Positions 41,410-51,279 of a stretch of DNA of 64,000 nt are shown here, one piece after another. Below the pieces are notes generated by a model. It was not told where the DNA came from and searched no databases. It saw nothing but the letters and a program-made list of their open reading frames with translations. This DNA is from an uncultured Planctomycetales bacterium (lineage in GTDB: Bacteria > Omnitrophota > Gorgyraeia > Gygaellales > Profunditerraquicolaceae): the NCBI GenBank assembly GCA_964603585.1, contig CAZRVK010000004.1:64438-128437 (forward strand), in the 5' to 3' direction. A program made the translations under genes and the position numbers. Position 1 is the stretch's first letter. The number at the start of each line of letters is the position of its first letter.

Positions 41410-42824
41410 AAGCTTTACTCATTAATCCTGTAAGATTCAATATGATAAAACCACCGGTCCCGGAAAGTGTAAATGACCCTAAAGAAGCGGGGTATTATCC
41501 TCCGATAGGCCTGCTTTATATCGCGTCGATGGCAGAAAATGTTTCTGGATGCTCGGTTAAGGTTTTAGATGCCGATGCAGAACAATTCAATTATCTCCAA
41601 ATCGAAGAATTTATCAGCAAGGAATCCCCTGATATCGTCGGTATCCAAACAATGACCTATACTTTGATTGATTCTTTAGAAACTGCCAGGATAGCAAAAA
41701 AGGTCGATAAAAATATCCACGTTTGCCTGGGAGGTCCGCATATCAGCATTTATCCCGAAGAAACATTGAGATTTCCGCAGGTTGATTCGGTGATTCAGGG
41801 TGAAGGAGAATATGTGTTCGCTGATCTGCTGGATGCGATCATCAAAAACAAGGATTTATCTTTAGTCCCGGGGATTATATTTAAGAAAAACGGCCGTATA
41901 ACCTCAACTGGTTATCGGGGTTTAATCGAAGATATTGATTCTTTACCATTCCCTGCGCGCCACTTGGTTTCGATGAATAAGTATTGGTCGATTTTATCAG
42001 GTTCATCTGGCGTTACTACTATTATTACCAGCCGCGGCTGTCCTTTTAATTGTATTTTTTGTGAACGGCCTCATTTGGGTAAGAAATTTCGTTTTCGTTC
42101 AGCAGGCAATGTGGTTGACGAGTTGCAGCAGTCTTATGAAAATGAGGTCAGGTCATTTATTTTTTATGACGACACTTTTACTCTTAATAAAAACCGGGTA
42201 TATGATATTTGTGATGAGATACTAAAACGCAGGCTTAAAATTGATTGGAGCATTCGTGCACGAGTAGATTCGATAGACAAGGCAATGCTGGCTAAATTGA
42301 AATCTGCCGGGTGCCGGACTATTAATTTTGGAGTAGAATCCGGTAATCCGCAGATCCTTAAGGCCTTACGTAAAGATATCAACATTGAACAGATAAGAAA
42401 TGCTTTTTCCTGGTCGAGAGAACTTGGGATAAAAACATTGGCGTATTTTATGATCGGTAATCCTACAGAAAGCAAAGAACAAATAATGGAAACAATTGCC
42501 TTTGCCAAGGATTTATCTCCGGATTATATCAATGTAAGCCTTACTACTCCTTTTCCTGGAACTGATCTATATAAGCTGGGTATGGAAACTGGTTTATTCA
42601 AGTCAGATTATTGGGCAGAGTTTGCGCGTAACCCTGTGAAAGGGTTTTCGCCCAGGCTTTGGGAAGAAAAGCTTAGTTCGGAAGAACTTCATGATTTGCT
42701 CGCGTATGCTTATAAAAGCTTCTATTCCCAGCCGCGCCTGCTTTTACGGCAACTTTTGTCAGTCAGAGATCCAAGAGATTTAGTTAGGAAGATAAAAATG
42801 GGAATGAGGCTAATATTAAAGTGA
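41403..42824 (+). CDS. B12-binding-domain radical SAM enzyme, copy 4
   Basis: B12 domain (LKALLINP..IGLLYIAS..CLGGPHISIYPEE) and TSRGCPFNCIFCERP. Start at ATG 41403, an ATGTTAA overlap with the upstream stop; the track start at 41187 is rejected. Confidence 0.7.
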   Translation: MLKALLINPVRFNMIKPPVPESVNDPKEAGYYPPIGLLYIASMAENVSGCSVKVLDADAEQFNYLQIEEFISKESPDIVGIQTMTYTLIDSLETARIAKKVDKNIHVCLGGPHISIYPEETLRFPQVDSVIQGEGEYVFADLLDAIIKNKDLSLVPGIIFKKNGRITSTGYRGLIEDIDSLPFPARHLVSMNKYWSILSGSSGVTTIITSRGCPFNCIFCERPHLGKKFRFRSAGNVVDELQQSYENEVRSFIFYDDTFTLNKNRVYDICDEILKRRLKIDWSIRARVDSIDKAMLAKLKSAGCRTINFGVESGNPQILKALRKDINIEQIRNAFSWSRELGIKTLAYFMIGNPTESKEQIMETIAFAKDLSPDYINVSLTTPFPGTDLYKLGMETGLFKSDYWAEFARNPVKGFSPRLWEEKLSSEELHDLLAYAYKSFYSQPRLLLRQLLSVRDPRDLVRKIKMGMRLILK

Positions 42825-42831
42825 GGAGACA

Positions 42832-43755
42832 ATGGAAAAGTATCCAAGCCCGGTTTCGGTTATTATTCCAGCATATAATGAAGAGAAAGGGTTAGCAGAA
42901 ATTCTACCGCAATTAGTCCAAAAACAGCATCAGTTTGGCTGGGAGATAATCGTTGTTAATGATGGTTCGAATGATTCAACTGCTGAAGTGGTGAGAAAAC
43001 TCGCACCTGAAGCGATTTTGATTAATCATAAGGCTAATTTAGGATATGGAGCTTCAATCAAATCTGGTATTCGTTTGGCGCGTTCATCCTGGATTGCTAC
43101 TTTTGATGCTGACGCCCAGCATCAAATAAGTGATTTGGATAAATTACTGGATAATCGCAATGGCTATGACGCGGTAATCGGGATGCGGGCAAATATCCTT
43201 CATTTGAGTTTTTGGAGGATCCCGGGTAAATTGATCCTCAAATTCGCGTTTCGCATTATTACGGGACAAGATGTAAAAGATATAAATTGTGGTTTAAGGG
43301 TTTTGAAACGCAAAGTTCTATTCAAGATTTTTGGCCTTACCTGCGATCGATTCTCATTTTCTACCAGTTCAACCATTGCTTTATTGAATCTTGGTTATGC
43401 GGTTAATTTTGTTGAAATCAATGCCAGGAAACGGATCGGTAAAAGTTCTGTACAGCAGTTTCGGGATGGGGGAGAAACGATCCTGCTAATGCTTAGGTTA
43501 ATAACCTTATTTAATCCTTTGCGCGTATTTTTGCCTCTTGCAGGATTTTTGCTGCTTTTAGGCTTAGTTTATCAAATAACGGCGATATTTATCTACGGCT
43601 TTACCGTCCATAAATCGGCATTGCTTTTTATAATATGCGGATTGATGCTTTTTTTATTTGCCTTACAGCAAGATCAGATCTCTTCGATTAGACGGGAGAT
43701 TGCAAGTTTTGAATTGGATCCTTTGAAAGAAGATCCTTCAGCGGAAAATGAATGA
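42832..43755 (+). CDS. GT2 polyprenyl-phosphate glycosyltransferase (ArnC/GtrB/DPM1-like) with C-terminal TM helices
   Basis: VSVIIPAYNEEKGLAEILPQLV..IIVVNDGSNDSTAEV, FDADAQH, then two C-terminal TM helices. Confidence 0.7.
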   Translation: MEKYPSPVSVIIPAYNEEKGLAEILPQLVQKQHQFGWEIIVVNDGSNDSTAEVVRKLAPEAILINHKANLGYGASIKSGIRLARSSWIATFDADAQHQISDLDKLLDNRNGYDAVIGMRANILHLSFWRIPGKLILKFAFRIITGQDVKDINCGLRVLKRKVLFKIFGLTCDRFSFSTSSTIALLNLGYAVNFVEINARKRIGKSSVQQFRDGGETILLMLRLITLFNPLRVFLPLAGFLLLLGLVYQITAIFIYGFTVHKSALLFIICGLMLFLFALQQDQISSIRREIASFELDPLKEDPSAENE

Positions 43756-44329
43756 TACCATAGGAAAAAAATTGTCAAAAATCAGGCTGGATTATGTATA
43801 TCCGTATATTAAAGGCAGATTGTTAGACATAGGATGTGGAAATAATGCCTTAGTAGGCAGGTATAAGAACGGTATTGGGATTGACACTTATGATTGGGGT
43901 GGCGCGGATATCCTGGTCAAGGATTCTTCATGTCTAGAATTCAATAATCGTGAATTTGACACAATCACTATTATTGCAGCTTTAAACCATATCCCGAACC
44001 GCAAAGAAGTATTGCTTGAATGTAACCGCCTATTAGCCGATGACGGCAGGCTCATTATAACGATGATTTCTCCTATGATAGGATTTATTTGGCATAAATT
44101 GCGTTATCCGTGGGACGCAGACCAGCGTATAAGGAAAATGAAAACAGATGAGGCTTATGGTTTATCAAAACGGTATATTTTGGCACTTGCGGACTCGCAG
44201 GGTTTTGTTTTGGAAACAAACAAACGGTTTATGCTGGGTTTAAATACAATGTATATATTCAGGAAAAAACTTTATCTTAAAGGACCAAAAATAGTTAAGA
44301 TTGTAAAATCAAGCCGGAGGATGGGATGA
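43748..44329 (+). CDS. Class I SAM-dependent methyltransferase (Methyltransf_11-like)
   Basis: RLLDIGCGNNALVGRY motif I; FDTITIIAALNHIPN; LLADDGRLIIT. Confidence 0.5.
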   Translation: MNDTIGKKLSKIRLDYVYPYIKGRLLDIGCGNNALVGRYKNGIGIDTYDWGGADILVKDSSCLEFNNREFDTITIIAALNHIPNRKEVLLECNRLLADDGRLIITMISPMIGFIWHKLRYPWDADQRIRKMKTDEAYGLSKRYILALADSQGFVLETNKRFMLGLNTMYIFRKKLYLKGPKIVKIVKSSRRMG

Positions 44330-45255
44330 ATATTCTGGTTACAGGCGGCGGAGGTTTTATTGGCACAAATTTATGCAATGAACTTCGTTTACGTAAGCAC
44401 AAGGTAATAGCAGTGGATCTTTATAATACTGACCGCCAGGATTATTTAAGGTGTGACGTAAGGAATTATCGGCAGTTAGAAGGTGTTTTTACAGAATATG
44501 GGCCTTTTGATTTTGTCTATCACCTTGCAGCCGAGTATGGCAGATGGAACGGCGAGGCATATTATGAAAATCTCTGGCAGACAAATATGATTGGATCCAA
44601 GCATTTATTGAGATTACAGGAAAAGTATAAATTCCGCATGATTTTCTTTTCTTCCGCGGAGGTCTATGGCGACTACTCTGGGCAAATGACAGAGGCAGTG
44701 ATGGCAGAGAACAAGATAGAAGATACTTATCAAATGAACGATTACGCGATATCAAAATGGGCGGGAGAATTGATGTGCATGAATTCTGCGCGGATGTTTG
44801 GCACGCAAACGGTACGTGTGCGTCCAGTTAATTGTTACGGGCCGTATGAGGAATATACTCCTTACAGGGGGTTTATCCCAAAATTCATTTATCATGCGTT
44901 GCACAAGAAACCTTATGTAGTTTATAAAGGGCATAGGAGAATAATTGATTTTGTCGGGGATACCTGCAGGACGTTTGCTAATATCGTTGAAAATTTCATT
45001 CCCGGAGAGGTGTATAATATAGGAGGCAAGGTAGAGTGGGAAATGGATATTAAGGAGTATTCAGATTTGATCCTTGAGTCCGTAGGAGCGCCTGAATCAC
45101 TGGTGACCTATAAGCAGGCGGAACCCTTTACCACTAAAATAAAAACCATGGATTTTTCTAAGGCGATAAATGATTTACGGCATAACCCAACTATCGCTCC
45201 GCGAGAAGGAATCAGAAAGACGGTTGATTGGATGAAATGGTTTTATCGTATATAA
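44326..45255 (+). CDS. NAD-dependent epimerase/dehydratase (SDR)
   Basis: MNILVTGGGGFIGTNLCNEL; YAISKWAGE (YxxxK). Confidence 0.7.
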   Translation: MNILVTGGGGFIGTNLCNELRLRKHKVIAVDLYNTDRQDYLRCDVRNYRQLEGVFTEYGPFDFVYHLAAEYGRWNGEAYYENLWQTNMIGSKHLLRLQEKYKFRMIFFSSAEVYGDYSGQMTEAVMAENKIEDTYQMNDYAISKWAGELMCMNSARMFGTQTVRVRPVNCYGPYEEYTPYRGFIPKFIYHALHKKPYVVYKGHRRIIDFVGDTCRTFANIVENFIPGEVYNIGGKVEWEMDIKEYSDLILESVGAPESLVTYKQAEPFTTKIKTMDFSKAINDLRHNPTIAPREGIRKTVDWMKWFYRI

Positions 45256-45271
45256 TTTCGAAGGTTCTACA

Positions 45272-46435
45272 ATGAAGAATAAAAAGAAAAAGCTCCTATT
45301 TATCTTTGGTACCCGCCCGGAGGCTATAAAAATGATCCCGGTTGTGATGGAATTTAAGAAAAACTCACAAAGGTTCGCAGTTTGTATCTGTGTGACCGCT
45401 CAACATAGACAAATGCTGGATCAGGTTTTGGGATTGTTTCTGATAAGGCCTCAATATGATCTTGACCTGATGACTAAAAAACAATCGTTATCCCGGATCA
45501 ATGCTTCGGTTTTAGTAAGTGTTACAGGGATAATGCTAAAAGAAAAACCTGATTTGGTTTTTGTACAGGGTGATACGACTACGACACTGGCAGCAGCTCA
45601 AGCGGCGTTTTATTTAAAAATACCGGTTGCCCATATTGAGGCTGGATTACGTACGCATAACAAGTTCAGTCCATTTCCCGAAGAGATAAATCGCCGCCTT
45701 ACCAGTGTGTTATCGGATTTGCATTTTGCTCCGACTTTAAGTGCCAAAGAAAATCTGATACGGGAGGGAATTGACAGGAGTTCGATTCATGTTACGGGCA
45801 ATACTGTTATCGATGCACTTCGGTTAATTCAAAACAGGCATTTGGGGTCCGAGGCAAGTAAAAAATGGGTGGAATGGTTTTTAGTTAACTATAATGTGAT
45901 ATTAGCGAAAAATGCCAGAGTGATATTGGTAACTGGCCATAGACGAGAGAGTTTTGGAAGTGGTTTTCGCAATATTTGCAAGGCAATATCTATTTTAGCA
46001 AAGAATAATCCGGATGTGCGATTTGTGTATCCCGTGCACCTTAACCCTAATGTGCAAAGACCGGTATATTCTATCTTAGGAAAACTAAAAAATGTACAGC
46101 TGCTTCCTCCTCTTGAGTATGAACCGTTTGTTTTTTTGATGAAGATGTCAACGCTCATCCTTACTGATTCTGGAGGTATCCAGGAAGAGGCCCCGGCGTT
46201 AGGTGTACCAGTCCTGGTCATGCGTCAAACCTCGGAAAGGATTGAAGGGATAAGGTCAGGATCTGCAGTTTTAGTTGGAACAAACATAAATGAGATCGTA
46301 AAAAGGACCCAGATACTCCTGGACAATAAGGATGACTATGAAAAGATATCAAAAGTAAGGAATACCTATGGAGATGCCAAGGCAAGCAAACGGATCGTAA
46401 AAACCGTAATTGAATATTTCAGGAGGCAAATATGA
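45272..46435 (+). CDS. wecB: UDP-N-acetylglucosamine 2-epimerase (non-hydrolysing)
   Basis: KLLFIFGTRPEAIKMIPVV, HIEAGLRT, LILTDSGGIQEEAPALGVPVLVMR. Confidence 0.85.
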   Translation: MKNKKKKLLFIFGTRPEAIKMIPVVMEFKKNSQRFAVCICVTAQHRQMLDQVLGLFLIRPQYDLDLMTKKQSLSRINASVLVSVTGIMLKEKPDLVFVQGDTTTTLAAAQAAFYLKIPVAHIEAGLRTHNKFSPFPEEINRRLTSVLSDLHFAPTLSAKENLIREGIDRSSIHVTGNTVIDALRLIQNRHLGSEASKKWVEWFLVNYNVILAKNARVILVTGHRRESFGSGFRNICKAISILAKNNPDVRFVYPVHLNPNVQRPVYSILGKLKNVQLLPPLEYEPFVFLMKMSTLILTDSGGIQEEAPALGVPVLVMRQTSERIEGIRSGSAVLVGTNINEIVKRTQILLDNKDDYEKISKVRNTYGDAKASKRIVKTVIEYFRRQI

Positions 46436-47550
46436 ATGTTCTCGGACAGGATAGGGTAGAGTGGGTAGATGAGTATTTGGCGAAGCTGGGTTTAAGAGGT
46501 AAAATCCTCGATTATTACCAGGGGAAAAATGTCCTGGTAACCGGTGGGGCTGGGGCAATCGGCAGTAATTTGGCTATTGCATTATCAAGATTAGTAGGTG
46601 CTGAAGGGAAAGTGGTAATTTTAGATAATTTGTCATCGATAAAAGAAAAAAAACCATGGAATATTCCTGCATTGAACAATATTATGTTCGTAGAGGGGGA
46701 TATTAGAAATGATATTGATCTGAAAAGGGTTTTTAAGGAAGATATTTTCATTGTTTTTCATCTGGCCGCTTTTTTTGCTAATCAGAATTCGGTTGATTAT
46801 CCAGAAATCTCTGCGGAAGTTGATATATTAGGATTAGTAAAATTGCTGGAATATGCGCGGCTTACGAAGGTAGAAAGGTTTATTTATGCTTCAAGCGGGT
46901 GTGCGATCTACGGCTCATATCCCAAGCTTCCTTTAGAAGAAAATTTCATTTCCATGCATCTTACTACTCCATATCAAATAAATAAAATGGCAGGAGAGAT
47001 GTATTGTAATTTCTATGCGCATCATTATGGCATGAAAACCGTTAATTGCCGTTTTTTTAATTCTTACGGCCCGGGAGAAGTTCCCGGGCAGTATCGGAAC
47101 GTGATCCCTAATTTTATTTATTGGGCAATAAAAAAACAGCCTTTGCCGATCACTGGTACAGGAGAGGAAACCAGGGATTTTTCCTATGTTCTTGATTTGG
47201 TGCAAGGCCTTTTAAAGAGCGCTTTTTATCCGGAAGCCGTATGTGAGAATTTTAATTTAGCTGCTGGAAGGGAAATAAGCATTATGGAAATGGCCAGGCT
47301 GGTCAACGAAACAACTGGCAATACCTCGGGTTTGTTATCCTTACCGAGGAGAAAATGGGATACTAAACCCAGGTTATTAGCCTCGATTAAGAAGGCACAG
47401 GAATTAATAGAATATACTCCGTTGGTTGATTTCAAGGAAGGTTTTATGAAAAATATTGAGTGGTTTAAAAATAACTGGGAGATAATCTTAAATTTAGCAG
47501 ATTTTCCTCCGGGAATGAGTAGTGCCTTGCGAAGTAAAGGTTCTGGATGA
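46432..47550 (+). CDS. NAD-dependent epimerase/dehydratase (SDR)
   Basis: VLVTGGAGAIGSNLAIALSR and YQINKMAGE (YxxxK). Confidence 0.7.
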   Translation: MNVLGQDRVEWVDEYLAKLGLRGKILDYYQGKNVLVTGGAGAIGSNLAIALSRLVGAEGKVVILDNLSSIKEKKPWNIPALNNIMFVEGDIRNDIDLKRVFKEDIFIVFHLAAFFANQNSVDYPEISAEVDILGLVKLLEYARLTKVERFIYASSGCAIYGSYPKLPLEENFISMHLTTPYQINKMAGEMYCNFYAHHYGMKTVNCRFFNSYGPGEVPGQYRNVIPNFIYWAIKKQPLPITGTGEETRDFSYVLDLVQGLLKSAFYPEAVCENFNLAAGREISIMEMARLVNETTGNTSGLLSLPRRKWDTKPRLLASIKKAQELIEYTPLVDFKEGFMKNIEWFKNNWEIILNLADFPPGMSSALRSKGSG

Positions 47551-48785
47551 TGCGTATTTTACTATTAACTCAATGGTTTAATCCCGAACTTTGTTTTAAA
47601 GGCGTGCCATTTGCACAAGAATTGGTCAAATTGGGACATGAGGTGCAAGTCTTAACCGGATTTCCTAATTATCCGGGAGGAAGGGTTTATCCGGGATATA
47701 AAATAAAATTGTTTCAACATGAAATCCTGGATGGGATACCGGTTTTTCGAGTCCCTTTATACCCCAGCCATGATAGTAAAGTGCTAAAGCGCATTGCCAA
47801 TTACGCAAGTTTTGCATTATCTGCGGTTTTTTTAGGCGCCTGGAGGGTAAAAAGGCCGGATATAATTTATGTTTATCATCCGCCAGCAACCATTGGTTTA
47901 CCCGCTATATTCCTGCATTTGTTACATCGAGCACCTTTTGTCTATGATATCCAGGATTTATGGCCGGATACCTTACCGGCAACCGGAATGATGAAAAACC
48001 GCATCCTTATCTGGTTAATTGAGAAATGGTGTCAGTTTATATATTGGAAAGCAGCCAAGATAGTTGTTTTATCACCGGGATTCAAGGATGTATTGGTTAA
48101 AAGAGGGGTTTTGGAACGTAAAATAGAAGTAATCTATAACTGGTGTGAGGAAGCCCACTTAAAAACGATAAAAAAAGATGAGGCCTTAGCGAGAAAACTG
48201 GGAATTGCCGGTAAGTTTAATTTGGTATTTGCCGGGACTATGGGAAGTGCTCAAGCCCTCGGTTCAGTTTTGGATGCGGCAGGCTTAGTACAAGATAAAT
48301 TCCCCGATATACAGTTTGTCTTTGTAGGAGGAGGAATAGATGTTGAAAGGCTTAAGGATAAGAAAACCGAGAAGAATCTAAATAATGTTTGTTTTCTCCC
48401 TTGGCGTCCGATGAGCGAAATCGGAAGTATCCTTGGATTAGCAGATGTGCTTTTTGTGCATTTAAAAGATGATCCTCTTTTTCAGATCACAATACCGGGA
48501 AAAACGCAGGCTTATATGGCAGCCGGTCGTCCTATCTTAATGGCGGTTAAAGGAAATGCCGCTGCGTTGATTGAAAAATCTGGGGCTGGTTTGACTTGCA
48601 TCCCGCAAGATCCAGACGATATCGCGCGAAAGATAGAAGAGTTGTATAAAATGCCCCGAAACCGTCTTGAGCTTATGGGGGAAAATGGCAAGATCTTTTA
48701 TGAGCGGTACTTATCTCTTTCTGTTGGGGCAAGACGCTTTGAAAAAGTATTTCAATCAGTAGTAAATCCGGGAAGGAGAAAATAA
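47547..48785 (+). CDS. Family 4 glycosyltransferase (WbuB/WcaI-like)
   Basis: MMRILLLTQWFNPE..GFPNYPGGRVYPGY, the typical WbuB-like N-terminus, and a C-terminal GT-B nucleotide-binding domain. Confidence 0.7.
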   Translation: MMRILLLTQWFNPELCFKGVPFAQELVKLGHEVQVLTGFPNYPGGRVYPGYKIKLFQHEILDGIPVFRVPLYPSHDSKVLKRIANYASFALSAVFLGAWRVKRPDIIYVYHPPATIGLPAIFLHLLHRAPFVYDIQDLWPDTLPATGMMKNRILIWLIEKWCQFIYWKAAKIVVLSPGFKDVLVKRGVLERKIEVIYNWCEEAHLKTIKKDEALARKLGIAGKFNLVFAGTMGSAQALGSVLDAAGLVQDKFPDIQFVFVGGGIDVERLKDKKTEKNLNNVCFLPWRPMSEIGSILGLADVLFVHLKDDPLFQITIPGKTQAYMAAGRPILMAVKGNAAALIEKSGAGLTCIPQDPDDIARKIEELYKMPRNRLELMGENGKIFYERYLSLSVGARRFEKVFQSVVNPGRRK

Positions 48786-48789
48786 ATAA

Positions 48790-49440
48790 TTGAATCAATT
48801 ACTGGATTCCAAAAGAAATTATGAATGGCTGAAGAGGGTTTTTGACCTGGTTTTTGCGTCTTTTTTGATCATTGTTCTTTCCCCTTTTTTCTTGCTAATT
48901 TGTTTTTTGGTATGGGTAGAAGTTGGTACCCCTGTATTTTTTAGGCAGCTTCGTCCCGGTAAAGATGAGAGACCGTTTACAATTATCAAATTCCGGACTA
49001 TGACCAATGCACGCAATAAAGATGGATTTTTGCTTGCGGAAACAGAAAGGCTTCGGCCTTTAGGGCGTTTTTTGCGGAAATTTAGCCTTGACGAACTCCC
49101 TGAATTGCTAAATGTTCTTATGGGACAGATGAGTTTTGTCGGCCCTCGCCCATTACTTATGCAATATTTGGGGTATTATACTCCTTTACAGGCCAGGCGG
49201 CATGCTGTTAAACCCGGTATTACAGGATGGGCACAAATTCATGGGCGTAATAATACTCCGTTCAGTAAAAGGTTTGAGATGGATGTTTGGTATGTGGATA
49301 ATCGTTCGTTTCCCCTGGATCTGAAAATACTCATTCTTACTATTATTAAGGTCTTTAAACGTGAAGGGGTTAGGGATGATCTTGGGTATTGTTATAAACA
49401 GGTTAATGATTGCGGCTTGCCAAATGATATTATAGAATAA
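48790..49440 (+). CDS. Small polyprenyl-phosphate hexose-1-phosphate transferase (bacterial sugar transferase family, PglC/WbaP C-domain type): the initiating phosphoglycosyltransferase
   Basis: Single N-terminal TM, then PVFFRQLRPGKDERPFTIIKFRTM and DELPELLNVLMGQMSFVGPRP. TTG start as in the track. Confidence 0.8.
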   Translation: MNQLLDSKRNYEWLKRVFDLVFASFLIIVLSPFFLLICFLVWVEVGTPVFFRQLRPGKDERPFTIIKFRTMTNARNKDGFLLAETERLRPLGRFLRKFSLDELPELLNVLMGQMSFVGPRPLLMQYLGYYTPLQARRHAVKPGITGWAQIHGRNNTPFSKRFEMDVWYVDNRSFPLDLKILILTIIKVFKREGVRDDLGYCYKQVNDCGLPNDIIE

Positions 49441-49468
49441 GATCCTGCTCTTCCTTCCTTTCTATTAG

Positions 49469-49497
49469 TTGACAAACCTTTGATAACTTGCTAAACT
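49469..49497 (+). promoter_or_regulatory. Internal sigma70-like promoter candidate (TTGACA, 17 nt spacer, TAAACT) ahead of the GNAT gene
   Basis: ttgaca at 49469-49474 and taaact at 49492-49497, followed by SD ggagg at 49516-49520 and the ATG at 49526. Lies in a 75-nt intergenic gap. Confidence 0.35.
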
Positions 49498-49525
49498 GAA
49501 AAAAACTAGTCTATTGGAGGAAACG

Positions 49526-50131
49526 ATGATCAGAGGGAAAAAGATTGTTCTGCGGCCTCTTGAAGAAGATGATTTGGATTTCTGCCAAAGCCTTTATAAC
49601 GATCCACATATCCGGAACATGGTGGTAGGCTGGGATTTCCCGGTTTCAAAGAAAAAGCAAAAGATATGGTTTGATTCTTTACTTAACGATAAGTTTAATG
49701 TTCGGTTTATTGTTGAGTCAAAGGATGCCGGTTTGATCGGTTTGACCGGGTTTTGGGATATTGATTGGCATAATAGAAACGCTTTGATGGCGGTAAAACT
49801 TTTGACTGCAAGGAAAACAAAAGGGAAGGGTTATGGCAGGGATGTAATTATGACTATGTCCGCTTTTGCATTTTTTAATATGGGACTGCATAAATTATGG
49901 TGTGAAATACTGGATTATAATGTTCCTTCACTTAAGTGCTATGTAGAAAAAAGCGGCTGGAAGATAGAAGGAAAGTTACGGAAGCACATTTTTCGAAACG
50001 GGTTGTTTCACGACCTTTATTATCTCGGTTGTTTAAAAGAAGATTTCCTGGCTATTGCTGATTCCAGTGAGTATGTACCTCCGGGTGTACCCGCAGGTAT
50101 GAAGAGAGTCAACCGAGAAATCCGGCTGTAA
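49526..50131 (+). CDS. GNAT-family N-acetyltransferase
   Basis: MIRGKKIVLRPLEEDDLDFCQSLYNDP (RimL-like N-terminus) and acetyl-CoA site RKTKGKGYGRDVIM. The ATG at 49526 is preferred over the track TTG at 49514. Confidence 0.7.
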   Translation: MIRGKKIVLRPLEEDDLDFCQSLYNDPHIRNMVVGWDFPVSKKKQKIWFDSLLNDKFNVRFIVESKDAGLIGLTGFWDIDWHNRNALMAVKLLTARKTKGKGYGRDVIMTMSAFAFFNMGLHKLWCEILDYNVPSLKCYVEKSGWKIEGKLRKHIFRNGLFHDLYYLGCLKEDFLAIADSSEYVPPGVPAGMKRVNREIRL

Positions 50132-50208
50132 TTGTCTTATCCTGGATAACTTGTTTTATCCAATAACGAAATAGCGTCTTCATAAAATTTAATCTGCGCA
50201 AGGCTATT

Positions 50209-51279
50209 GTGGCTAACGAAACAAAATCAACTGAAATCGGCAGTGAATTTGATTGGCCAGGATTACTGGAAGGGCCTTTTTTGCCATGGAGCAGTCCTTT
50301 CTTATTTATGGCCTTAGGGCGTGATGCTATTCCACTTTTATTTAAGAAAACAAGAAAATATTCCCGGACTGTATTTATTCCAGATTATTTCTGCCATGAA
50401 GTAAGTTTGTATTGGAAAAAGAATGGCATAAAAATACGCTATTATCAGGATGATCCGCGCTGGGTACAGCCTGATTGGGGATCATTATCTCCGAAACGCG
50501 GGGATTTTGTCTTGGCGGTAAATTATTTTGGCGTTAAAAATGGAATGGCTTGGCAAAGGTGGAAAAAGAATAATCCCGGGATCGTTTTGGTAGAGGATCA
50601 TTCGCATGACCCTTTATCTACCTGGGCCCGCAATTCAAACGCCGATTATGCCTTTGCTTCATTGAGAAAAACTTTTCCAGCTCCTGATGGAGCCATTTTG
50701 TGGTCGCCGCGGAAATTTCCTTTGCCTGCCGAGCCGGAAAACCGCAATTGTGCTGGAAGCGCTTTAAAACTTGCGGCCATGATTTGGAAGACCCAATATT
50801 TGAATTCTCAAAAGAACCTTCCATATCTTAAAGAAATCTATCGCAAATTACAGGTCGAAGGTGAAAGATATTTCTTAAAGAATACGGATTTACGTATATC
50901 TGATTGGAGCCGTTTTTTGCTTTTAAAAGGATTCCCTGCTTTTTGGAGAAAAAGCAGGGAAAAAAATGTGCGTTTATTGCTTCGATTGCTGGAATCAAAA
51001 GGGGATTTCGAGCCATTGTTCCAGGAGTGGCCAAAGGGGCATTGTCCGTTTAATTTAATATTGGTATTTAAAACGCATGCTTTGCGCGAAACTTTCCGGA
51101 GTGGCCTTATTCATCGAGGAATCTTTACCCCGGTTCATTGGCAGGGATCTGCCGGAGATCATCAGCACGTTATGGATTTAGCCTGCCGAATTTTAACCAT
51201 TCCTGTAGATCATAGGTACGGCAAGAAGGAAATGGGATTGATAGCTAAAACGATTTCCAAAATCACCAGATCAAAATGA
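50209..51279 (+). CDS. Divergent DegT/DnrJ/EryC1-like (fold-type I PLP) protein, shortened
   Basis: Weak similarity to sugar aminotransferases, including a Lys in ASLRKTFPAPDGAIL (compare FSFHxxKxL). Otherwise degenerate. Confidence 0.3.
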   Translation: MANETKSTEIGSEFDWPGLLEGPFLPWSSPFLFMALGRDAIPLLFKKTRKYSRTVFIPDYFCHEVSLYWKKNGIKIRYYQDDPRWVQPDWGSLSPKRGDFVLAVNYFGVKNGMAWQRWKKNNPGIVLVEDHSHDPLSTWARNSNADYAFASLRKTFPAPDGAILWSPRKFPLPAEPENRNCAGSALKLAAMIWKTQYLNSQKNLPYLKEIYRKLQVEGERYFLKNTDLRISDWSRFLLLKGFPAFWRKSREKNVRLLLRLLESKGDFEPLFQEWPKGHCPFNLILVFKTHALRETFRSGLIHRGIFTPVHWQGSAGDHQHVMDLACRILTIPVDHRYGKKEMGLIAKTISKITRSK

